A DNA stretch of 64,000 bases from Candidatus Roizmanbacteria bacterium RIFCSPLOWO2_01_FULL_39_19 (GTDB lineage Bacteria; Patescibacteriota; Microgenomatia; UBA1406; HO2-37-13b), in NCBI GenBank assembly GCA_001789725.1, contig MGAM01000004.1:51913-115912 (forward strand), written 5' to 3'. The notes beneath the pieces were generated by a model. The model was given only the letters and a program-made list of their open reading frames with translations. It ran no database searches and had not been told where the DNA came from. Positions 57,221-64,000 of this stretch are shown piece by piece (the stretch's first letter is position 1; each line of letters starts with the position of its first letter). Made by a program: the position numbers and the translations under genes.

Positions 57221-58246
57221 ATGAAAAATGTCAATAAGTTGTTTTGGTCAAAAAAAAATATTTTAATTGTTATTATCGTAATAACTGCAACTTTCTTTTT
57301 TGTTCAAAAAAACTTATCACAAGCCAGCGATAAGATTGAGACAACAAAGGTAAAGCAGGGAGATATCCAGGAGGAACTTATATTATCCGGAGAAATTGAC
57401 GCCGGTGAAAAAGTAACTTTAAGATTTCAAACATCGGGTCGACTCTCTTACGTTGGAGTTAAAACAGGACAATGGGTTAATCGAGGACAAGTCATTGCCA
57501 GCCTTGACAGACGAGAACTTCAAAAAAAGTTAAAGAAAGAGCTAAATACGTTTGTGAATGAAAGATATGATTTTGATCAAACCAAAGATGACAACAAGGA
57601 CAAGGCTCTGACCGATGCCATTAGACGAACCTTGGACAAATCTCAAAACGACCTCAACAACGCAATCATTGACGTTGAGCTACAGAAAATTGCGCTGGAC
57701 TTTGCTACATTAATAACACCGATTTCGGGAACTGTTACAAACGTCACCTCACCGATCGCTGGGGTTAATATCACCCCCTCACAAGCAGAGTTTGAGATAA
57801 TAAATCCAAACTCCCTATTGTTTGTCGCAACTGCAGATCAAACCGAAGTAACGAAATTATCGGATGGATTATTTTCTGATATTAGCCTTGACTCATACCC
57901 GGACGAATCTCTAGCAGGTAGTGTTAAAAGAGTCTCATTCACTCCAAAAACGGGCGAGACAGGAGCGGTTTACGAGATTGAAGTTGCAATCGATAGCCCT
58001 CGACTAATTAAGAAACTAAGACTGGGAATGACTGGTGATATTTCATTCATTACAAGAAAGTCAGAAAATACTTTCTATCTACCCATAGAGTTTGTTAAAT
58101 TCACAGGAAGTAAACCGTTTGTGTACGTAAGACAAAATAACAAAATTGTTAAAAAAACGGTAACAACCGGTATTGAAACCGAGGACAAGATAGAAATTAC
58201 TTCTAAGTTGAAGAAAGGTGACATTGTATATGATAAGGCTCGATAA
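57221..58246 (+). CDS. Efflux periplasmic adaptor (HlyD/MacA family)
   Basis: TM anchor, lipoyl-like hairpin (VKQGDI...GEIDA), coiled coil and a beta-barrel C-terminus. Confidence 0.75.
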   Translation: MKNVNKLFWSKKNILIVIIVITATFFFVQKNLSQASDKIETTKVKQGDIQEELILSGEIDAGEKVTLRFQTSGRLSYVGVKTGQWVNRGQVIASLDRRELQKKLKKELNTFVNERYDFDQTKDDNKDKALTDAIRRTLDKSQNDLNNAIIDVELQKIALDFATLITPISGTVTNVTSPIAGVNITPSQAEFEIINPNSLLFVATADQTEVTKLSDGLFSDISLDSYPDESLAGSVKRVSFTPKTGETGAVYEIEVAIDSPRLIKKLRLGMTGDISFITRKSENTFYLPIEFVKFTGSKPFVYVRQNNKIVKKTVTTGIETEDKIEITSKLKKGDIVYDKAR

Positions 58247-58892
58247 GGTCACAAAGGTATTTTATCTTGGAAATGAACCTCTGACGATTCTGCATCCAAT
58301 TACACTTAACATTAAAAAAAGTTCTTTTGTTACGATCGTTGGGCCGTCAGGGTCAGGCAAATCAACATTAATGTACTTACTTGGGCTTCTTGATGCCCCA
58401 ACAACGGGCAAAGTATTTATCAATGATATTGACACTTCCAGGCTGTCTGACGAGAAAATCTCTGCGTTAAGAAATCAATTTATTGGTTTTATTTTCCAAC
58501 AATTCAACTTAGTTAACAAACTAACAGTCATGGAAAATATCCTTTTGCCGTCTATCTACTCTCTTGACAAAAGTCAGGATTTTAAACAGAGAGCATTTGA
58601 TCTCATGAGCCGATTTGGAATCGATCATAGAAAAGATTCATTTCCTAACAAAATTTCAGGAGGCGAGCAGCAACGAGCAGCAATTGCAAGAGCTCTCCTT
58701 CTTAATCCAGAGGTTATTTTGGCTGATGAGCCCACTGGTAATCTTGACTCCAAAAACGGCAAAATTATTCTTGATTATCTTAAAACATTGCATAAAGAGG
58801 ACAAAAAGACGGTCATAATAATCACACATGAGCAACAAATCGCTGCAATGGGGAAACAGAAAATAAAAATTAAGGATGGACGAATTAACTAA
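58230..58892 (+). CDS. ABC transporter ATP-binding protein (MacB/LolD-type)
   Basis: Contains [24 protein letters not shown] and [11 protein letters not shown]. The ATG at 58230 is preceded by GAAAGG. Confidence 0.9.
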   Translation: MIRLDKVTKVFYLGNEPLTILHPITLNIKKSSFVTIVGPSGSGKSTLMYLLGLLDAPTTGKVFINDIDTSRLSDEKISALRNQFIGFIFQQFNLVNKLTVMENILLPSIYSLDKSQDFKQRAFDLMSRFGIDHRKDSFPNKISGGEQQRAAIARALLLNPEVILADEPTGNLDSKNGKIILDYLKTLHKEDKKTVIIITHEQQIAAMGKQKIKIKDGRIN

Positions 58893-58894
58893 CT

Positions 58895-60103
58895 ATGGAA
58901 TTTATACTCACTACGATTAAAACAGGAGTTGATAATTTTAAACGTAATAAACTCCGTACATTTCTTACCTCACTGGGAATACTAATTGGAGTTGCGTCGG
59001 TTGTTTTACTTCTTGCCTTGGGTACTGGCCTCAAAAAATATATTCGTAATCAGTTTGAAAGTTTAGGAACTAACTTAATAAACGTCCTTCCCGGACAAAT
59101 CTTGCAAGGCGGGGGAATAAGACCAGGCGGGGGAGCGTTAGGAGGGGCTGAATTTGACGAGAAAGATGTCCAAAGATTAAAGCGCGTCCAAGCAGCTCAA
59201 TATATCATCCCAATTTTCATAAAAAGTATCAATGTGTCGTCAGGCAAAGAAACTAAATTTGCCGATTTATACGCTTCAAGCGAAGAAGTTTTTATCGCCC
59301 GCAACTTAGAACGCCAATACGGAAGATTATTTACCAGAGCCGATAACGCAAAAAGGGCAAAAGTCGTCGTTGTAGGGCCCAATCTTGCCAAAAATCTATT
59401 TGGAACCGCTGAAAGCGCGCTTAGCAGAAATATTGATATCAACGATCAGTCTTACAGAATAATTGGAATACTAAAGTCAAAAGGAGGAGGAGGATTTGGC
59501 GGTCCGGATTTTGATTCATTTGTCTATGCTCCGTATAAATCAGTCTTTAGTCTTAATCCTAAAAAAACGTTTTTCTCAATCCTTATCAAAGCAAAGGACG
59601 AAAAATCAACTAATTCTCTTAAGACTCAAGCAAAAGCAATTTTATCCCAAAGATACGATGAGGAGGATTTTTCTTTGGTGGAGCAAACAGAGATACTTAA
59701 TGCAGTCACATCCATTTTTGCAGTTATGAATTCGGTCCTTGTTTTAATAGGAGCAATATCGCTTATTGTAGGTGGAATTGGAATTATGAATATTATGTAT
59801 GTCTCAGTTGTTGAGCGAACTCGAGAAATTGGAATAAGACGAGCAATTGGAGCCACAAAGCAGGCAATTCTCACTCAATTCCTTGCCGAATCGGTACTGC
59901 TTTCTTTAACTGGCGGATTAGGAGGGGTTGTAGTGAGTTACTTAATTACATTTTTTATTCAACAATATTTCCCTGCTGAGATTAGTATTATGTCAGTAAT
60001 TATTGCCTTTGGGGTTTCAACCTTAATAGGCGTCGGATTTGGAGTCTTCCCTGCCCGCAAAGCGGCAGAATTATCTCCAATTGAAGCGATACGTTATGAA
60101 TGA
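58895..60103 (+). CDS. ABC transporter permease (FtsX/MacB-type)
   Basis: MacB periplasmic domain plus a C-terminal FtsX-like 3-TM domain (VERTREIGIRRAIGA). Confidence 0.9.
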   Translation: MEFILTTIKTGVDNFKRNKLRTFLTSLGILIGVASVVLLLALGTGLKKYIRNQFESLGTNLINVLPGQILQGGGIRPGGGALGGAEFDEKDVQRLKRVQAAQYIIPIFIKSINVSSGKETKFADLYASSEEVFIARNLERQYGRLFTRADNAKRAKVVVVGPNLAKNLFGTAESALSRNIDINDQSYRIIGILKSKGGGGFGGPDFDSFVYAPYKSVFSLNPKKTFFSILIKAKDEKSTNSLKTQAKAILSQRYDEEDFSLVEQTEILNAVTSIFAVMNSVLVLIGAISLIVGGIGIMNIMYVSVVERTREIGIRRAIGATKQAILTQFLAESVLLSLTGGLGGVVVSYLITFFIQQYFPAEISIMSVIIAFGVSTLIGVGFGVFPARKAAELSPIEAIRYE

Positions 60104-60120
60104 TTGTGTAGAATACAAGT

Positions 60121-60624
60121 ATGGAACAAATAATGGTTGAAGAGTTGACTCCCAATCTCGATCAACAGTCTGACTTTGTTAAAAACAAGTCTCTTGTTTT
60201 GGCTTCAATACTTATTGGTGCATCAATATTGACAATTGGTGTTGCCTTGGCACAGATTATTCGGTCATCAAACACAAATACAACACAAATTCCAACTCCT
60301 ACCCCGAGTGTCACTAATAGCCCACCATCTTTGAAACCCACATTATTGCCTAGTTTAACAGCATCTCCAACATTGACAACAATCCAACAAAGAAAAAATT
60401 GTAAAAGTGAGGTTGATTGCGGAGGGTTTAAATGTATAAATGGTTATTGCGCAGGAGTTGATGAAGAGCCATATAAAAAGCAAAAAGGTTGTCGTGACGA
60501 AAATGATTGTGCAGGCTCGCCATGTGTGAGTGGATATTGTCAGGGGATCGGTGAAGGAGCCGATTGTGTTGACGGTTTCGTTAAAGTCTGTCAGGCAGGT
60601 GTTTGTGATTGTTTAAAACAGTAA
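60121..60624 (+). CDS. Membrane-anchored Pro/Thr-linker protein with a Cys-rich repeat module
   Basis: TM helix and PT-rich linker, followed by repeats C-x(4)-DC-x-G-x(2)-C-x(2)-GYC-x-G (CKSEVDCGGFKCINGYCAG and CRDENDCAGSPCVSGYCQG) and a third Cys cluster. Confidence 0.5.
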   Translation: MEQIMVEELTPNLDQQSDFVKNKSLVLASILIGASILTIGVALAQIIRSSNTNTTQIPTPTPSVTNSPPSLKPTLLPSLTASPTLTTIQQRKNCKSEVDCGGFKCINGYCAGVDEEPYKKQKGCRDENDCAGSPCVSGYCQGIGEGADCVDGFVKVCQAGVCDCLKQ

Positions 60625-61479
60625 TTCGTCTTTGGGTAACATTTTTTGACATTCTGGGCAGTAGAAACTACTCCTTCCTCCTTGTTTTATACGCATAATC
60701 ACTTCTCCACACCGCTGACATCGCTTTCCCTCCTGCTGGTAAACCAAAAAATGATACTGATATTCACCTTTCGACCCGTCAGAAAGAATGTAGACTTCAT
60801 CACGCCCTGAAGAACCATGATATTTTATGCCGTGCTTGATAACTTTAATAATAGATTTATACAAATGATTCAATTGTTCAATTGTTAAATTGTTGGCTGA
60901 AATTTCTGGATTGATTTTTGCGTCAAACAATGCCTCATTGGCATAAATATTGCCAACTCCAGCAAAACGGTCCTGATCCATGAGGACAACTTTTACTGGG
61001 CGCCTTGTGTTTTGAAGATTCTTTTTAAAGTAGTCAAGAGTGAATTCCGACGTTAAAATATCCACTCCCTTAGGACCTTCAATTTTAGGAGAATACTTAA
61101 CCCACCCAAACTTACGCATTTCATTGAAAAACAATCCACTTCCGTCATCAAAGTAAAAAATTACTCGAGTGCTTCTTCCAGGCATTCTATTTGTTGATGA
61201 GAGTGGAATTGTGTTTTTAAAAATGGCATTTTCGGCATTATTTGAGTATAAGATTTGCCCTGATAATTTGAAATGAAAATTCAAATATGTTTTATCCTCA
61301 AGTTTTATTGCCAAAACCTTCCCCAATCTTTCAACAGCAACGATTCTGTTATTAACTACGTCTTTTTGGTCTCCATGAAATTGACTTTTGTCTAAAACAT
61401 TTATTTTAGTTATTGTTTTGTTAACGATTTTTTGTTGAAGATATCGTCTAATTGTTTCAACTTCTGGAAGTTCTGGCAT
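60613..61479 (-). CDS. mutM: Formamidopyrimidine-DNA glycosylase
   Basis: Contains MPELPEVE, the H2TH region and the C-terminal Zn finger CQRCG...FYCPECQ. I chose the ATG at 61477-61479. Confidence 0.9.
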   Translation of the reverse strand: MPELPEVETIRRYLQQKIVNKTITKINVLDKSQFHGDQKDVVNNRIVAVERLGKVLAIKLEDKTYLNFHFKLSGQILYSNNAENAIFKNTIPLSSTNRMPGRSTRVIFYFDDGSGLFFNEMRKFGWVKYSPKIEGPKGVDILTSEFTLDYFKKNLQNTRRPVKVVLMDQDRFAGVGNIYANEALFDAKINPEISANNLTIEQLNHLYKSIIKVIKHGIKYHGSSGRDEVYILSDGSKGEYQYHFLVYQQEGKRCQRCGEVIMRIKQGGRSSFYCPECQKMLPKDELLF

Positions 61480-61523
61480 ATCGGTTAATAATATCACCAA
61501 TTTCCTCGCCATTGAAATTGATT

Positions 61524-62279
61524 ATGCAAGAGAGTAGAGTTCATTTTATGGACCCGCAAAATCCGCCAACCCAACTCCCAACTGAAAAACCGGTGATTTC
61601 GGAGTCAAATGTTAATAACACTAATATTACCCGAATACTATATTTTATTATTGTAACTCTCACGATTGTAGTTGTTGGTACCGGAGGATATTGGTTATGG
61701 TTAAAAACAAAAGGAAATAATCAGATAAATAATCCTTCAACTGCGAGTAATACAACTCAACCGACCCTTCGACAAAACTCTGGACAAGCTCCAACAATTC
61801 AACCCAACGAATTTGCGGGGTGGAAGACGTATTTATATCCTGAAATTAACAGCCTATTTTCTTTTAAAGGTCCTTCTGAAATGAAAATGAGTGGCTTCGA
61901 CGCATCAGTGATATATTCTTATTATGGACCTTCACAACAAGGGAATGGTCTATTAGACGGTTTCAATATCCAGGTGGTTGATGCTGTTATTTCTCAACCA
62001 ACTGCATTTGATCAGGTAAAAGAAGAGCTAAAATTAAACAAAGAAAGAGGGGTTGTATTAACAAAGGATTTAACAACATTGAGTATTCCTGATGGGCAAC
62101 AACATTCATATTTTATTAGAGAGGGGAATCGTGAATATCAATACTATTATTTTGAGCCAACCGTAAAAACACCAGAATTTTTACTGGCACGATTTATCGT
62201 GTCTATCGAGGATCCAAATAATAATCGTTATAATATGATGGTAGATGCAATCCTCTCCACGTTTCGGTTTACTGATTAA
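61524..62279 (+). CDS. Hypothetical membrane-anchored exported protein
   Basis: TM helix (ILYFIIVTLTIVVVGTGGYWLWL) followed by an N/T/Q-rich linker and a globular domain. I recognise no family. Confidence 0.4.
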   Translation: MQESRVHFMDPQNPPTQLPTEKPVISESNVNNTNITRILYFIIVTLTIVVVGTGGYWLWLKTKGNNQINNPSTASNTTQPTLRQNSGQAPTIQPNEFAGWKTYLYPEINSLFSFKGPSEMKMSGFDASVIYSYYGPSQQGNGLLDGFNIQVVDAVISQPTAFDQVKEELKLNKERGVVLTKDLTTLSIPDGQQHSYFIREGNREYQYYYFEPTVKTPEFLLARFIVSIEDPNNNRYNMMVDAILSTFRFTD

Positions 62280-62318
62280 AACCAACAAAGTGATACGGCA
62301 AATTGAAATTTAATAAAT

Positions 62319-63050
62319 TTGAGAAAAAAACTGGAAAAAGTAACAAAAACAGCAAAAATTGCCGTTTTTGAAGGAAAACAAATTAGACGACATTGGGACG
62401 GTCGTCAGGAGAAGTGATGGTTTTCTGTAGTTGATATTGTGCAAGTGTTAACTGGGAGTACTATTTCTCGACGATATTGGTCTGACTTAAAGAGAAAATT
62501 GGTCTCCGAGGGAAGTCAGTTGTACGATAAAATCGTACAACTTAAATTTCAAGCACTCGATGGTAAATTTTATCTTTCAGATGCAGCTGATACCGAAACC
62601 ATACTTCGCATCATTCAATCGATCCCCTCGCCCAATGCCGAGCCCTTCAAGCTTTGGCTGGCAAAGGTAGGGTATGAACGAATTGAAGAAAATCATGATC
62701 CGGAATTAACAATAAACAGAGCTCTTAAAACATACCTTCGCAAGGGATACAGTAAAAATTGGATTAATCAACGGTTAAAAAGTATCGAAATCAGAAAAGC
62801 ACCAACTGATGAATGGGAAAATCGGGGAGTTAAATCTACAACCGAATTTGCGATTTTAACCGATGATATTACTCTTGCCTGGTCCGGTATGAAAGCCGCT
62901 ATTATAAGAAGACACACGAGGTGTGTGTTTCTATTACACCTTAGGAATTATGACTTTTATAATATCTCCCTCTGGGTTTTGCGTCACTATGGTTTATTAT
63001 TTCCGGGTGATTTAAAAAAAAATAAAAGGTGGTATAATAATCCTATATGA
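62319..63050 (+). pseudogene. Bro-N-domain protein gene (antirepressor-like family), with an in-frame TGA at 62415-62417 and a replaced or truncated 3' part
   Basis: Own translation from TTG at 62319: MRKKLEKVTKTAKIAVFEGKQIRRHWDGRQEK*WFSVVDIVQVLTGSTISRRYWSDLKRKL...SIPSPNAEPFKLWLAKVGYERIEE...LTDDITLAWSGM. The family-like sequence stops near 62900. From there to 63050 it looks unrelated to the family. Confidence 0.6.
63030..63038 (+). promoter_or_regulatory. Extended -10 element (TGgTATAAT) 8 nt upstream of the ATG at 63047
   Basis: TGGTATAAT at 63030-63038, with no SD before the ATG. Confidence 0.35.
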
Positions 63051-63352
63051 CCGCAAAAAATAAAAGCAAAGCGATAATTCTTATTGAAAGGCTCCGACTG
63101 GCGGAAAGTGAAATGTTTCGACTTTCTTCTAAATATGGTGTGAAAACCATAGACGAGCTTGATAGCCTCATCAAAAAAGGTAAACTCTCCGAAAAAAAAC
63201 TCGGTGATGATATTTTTTTGTTTGATAGTCTTATTGAAGAAAAAGAGCGGATAGAGAAAGATTTGGCCAAGTTGTCTATCAGCAGAAAAAACACATGGGA
63301 AAATTTACAGACTTTGCTCGAATTGCCGAAATTGAATATTCGGACATCGTAA
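63047..63352 (+). CDS. Small helical hypothetical protein (possible partner or antitoxin of the downstream gene)
   Basis: 101-aa charged, coiled-coil-like ORF. It overlaps the next ORF by 58 nt. Confidence 0.35.
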   Translation: MTAKNKSKAIILIERLRLAESEMFRLSSKYGVKTIDELDSLIKKGKLSEKKLGDDIFLFDSLIEEKERIEKDLAKLSISRKNTWENLQTLLELPKLNIRTS

Positions 63353-63678
63353 TTTCTTGCCAAGATTTAGGCATTAAACTACGCATTTATCTTACCGATA
63401 AAAGTTTTATTGATTTCTTCTATACCACAAAATTAAAAGCTACCCGTTTCGCCATTCATTGGGAACGCAAACACATAGATAATACTATCTATAGAATAGA
63501 TAACACTCCGGATAAAAAGTGGTCTAAGGTTGTAACATTTCCAACCCATTTTCATAAAAAAACCTACGATAAAGTTACAGTTCCGCCTTTTAAAATCACA
63601 CAGGATGAAAAATTAGCAGTAATTTTACGGCGTTTTTTGCAATTTGCTCGCAGTATAATAAAGATTAATGGGAAATAA
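63295..63678 (+). CDS. DUF6516 / TumE-family toxin-like protein (tentative)
   Basis: The pattern LGIKLRIYLTDKSFIDFFY...RFAIHWERK....IYRIDNTPDKKW....TFPTHFHKK matches my memory of the family signature (L.IR..L.DGS...Y.YHW......RWDN.PHH....FPHH.H). Confidence 0.45.
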   Translation: MGKFTDFARIAEIEYSDIVISCQDLGIKLRIYLTDKSFIDFFYTTKLKATRFAIHWERKHIDNTIYRIDNTPDKKWSKVVTFPTHFHKKTYDKVTVPPFKITQDEKLAVILRRFLQFARSIIKINGK

Positions 63679-64000
63679 TCAACCTTCGCTAAAACAAGAG
63701 ATATCCCCAATTCTCGTTCCTCAATCACAACCAAAAATTCCCCATCCACAAAACTGGTACAAGCTCGCTATTTTTGGGCTGATTCTTTTAACTGCAGTGG
63801 CTGTCGGTGCTTTTTGAGTAGGAAGAAATACGCAACCCCCACAGCAGTTTAATACCTCTCCAAATACCACAATCCCCGCCACAACAGGCATAACTCAACC
63901 GCCTCAATTGACAGATTCAGATAAAATCTGGGTAAAAACTGACCCAAAACAATGTTATTCAAATCCGTGGGAACAGGATTGGAAAGAAACACACAATAAT
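63668..64000 (+). CDS. Membrane-anchored Thr/Pro/Gln-rich surface protein, frame interrupted by TGA at 63815-63817; partial (runs off the window end)
   Basis: Own translation: MGNNQPSLKQEISPILVPQSQPKIPHPQNWYKLAIFGLILLTAVAVGAF*VGRNTQPPQQFNTSPNTTIPATTGITQPPQLTDSDKIWVKTDPKQCYSNPWEQDWKETHNN. The same frame stays open for 61 codons after the TGA. Confidence 0.4.

Noticed and set aside
57003-57234. Minus-strand ORFs 57003-57203 and 57046-57234 from the ORF track.
   Set aside because: They lie antisense over a well-folding tRNA-Cys and its GC-rich flanks, so they are artefacts of a locally GC-rich, stop-poor sequence.
63043-63749. Minus-strand ORFs 63043-63363 and 63564-63749.
   Set aside because: They are antisense to the better-supported plus-strand cassette, and their translations are low-complexity (Ser/Phe/Leu-rich), so they are likely shadow ORFs.
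1-64000. Genome-wide UGA reassignment (genetic code 4 or 25, as in Mollicutes or Gracilibacteria/Absconditabacteria), considered as the explanation for the in-frame TGAs.
   Set aside because: TGA terminates rplO, rplF and radA at their conserved C-termini, and it also closes several ATGA-coupled genes. Long conserved ORFs (rpoB, rpoC, fusA, tuf, secY) contain no internal TGA. The standard bacterial code fits the core genes.
1-64000. Search for CRISPR arrays, rRNA genes, integrases/recombinases, reverse transcriptases, restriction-modification genes or other canonical defence genes.
   Set aside because: I saw no regularly spaced short repeats, no rRNA-like conserved stretches, and no ORFs with such motifs. 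The only mobile element I can support is the IS at 39204-40865.

Overview
Compact, AT-rich bacterial window. It is almost entirely coding, has many ATGA or 4-nt gene overlaps, and has few obvious Shine-Dalgarno sites. My inference is that it comes from a Candidate Phyla Radiation / Patescibacteria (Microgenomates-like) genome. The grounds are: no L30 gene between rpsE and rplO, many membrane-anchored proteins with Pro/Thr/Gln-rich linkers, and an unusually dense set of polyprenyl-phosphate-type (GT-C-like) membrane glycosyltransferases.

Layout:
- 1-13.1 kb, minus strand: map (partial), adk fused to a second small kinase, rpmG, secY, then the spc/S10 ribosomal-protein cluster up to rpsJ and tuf.
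- 13.3-21.9 kb: a mixed ~8.7 kb block (radA, PEGA/SH3 surface protein, WecA/MraY-like transferase, membrane proteins, sodA, CAP-domain protein, processive-type GT2). This block separates tuf from fusA.
- 21.9-32.2 kb, minus strand: fusA-rpsG-rpsL-rpoC-rpoB.
- 33-57 kb: a glycosylation island with 6 GT2, 1 GT4, about 7 GT-C-like membrane proteins, a Wzx-like flippase and a CPBP protease. It is interrupted by an IS1634-like insertion sequence and by an HD-hydrolase / M64-like metallopeptidase / ASCH-like module.
- 57.1 kb: tRNA-Cys(GCA), the only RNA gene I can support.
- 57.2-60.1 kb: MacAB-like adaptor/ABC/permease, followed by a Cys-rich anchored protein and mutM.
- 62.3-64 kb: a small accessory patch (broken Bro-N-like gene, DUF6516/TumE-like two-gene cassette, broken surface-protein gene).

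Most notable observations:
1. The IS is flanked by a perfect 72-bp direct duplication that copies a whole divergent intergenic region.
2. Three accessory genes are each interrupted by a single in-frame TGA, while TGA is clearly a real stop in core genes.
3. rpsS (S19) sits between rpsN and rpsH instead of between rplB and rplV.
4. A consensus promoter plus terminator-like leader lies between rpsJ and rplC.
5. The adk product carries a second kinase domain.
6. The HD-hydrolase gene is bracketed by a diverged ~55-nt repeat that includes a 16-codon relic of a GT2 gene.

I found no CRISPR array, rRNA, integrase or recognisable defence operon.
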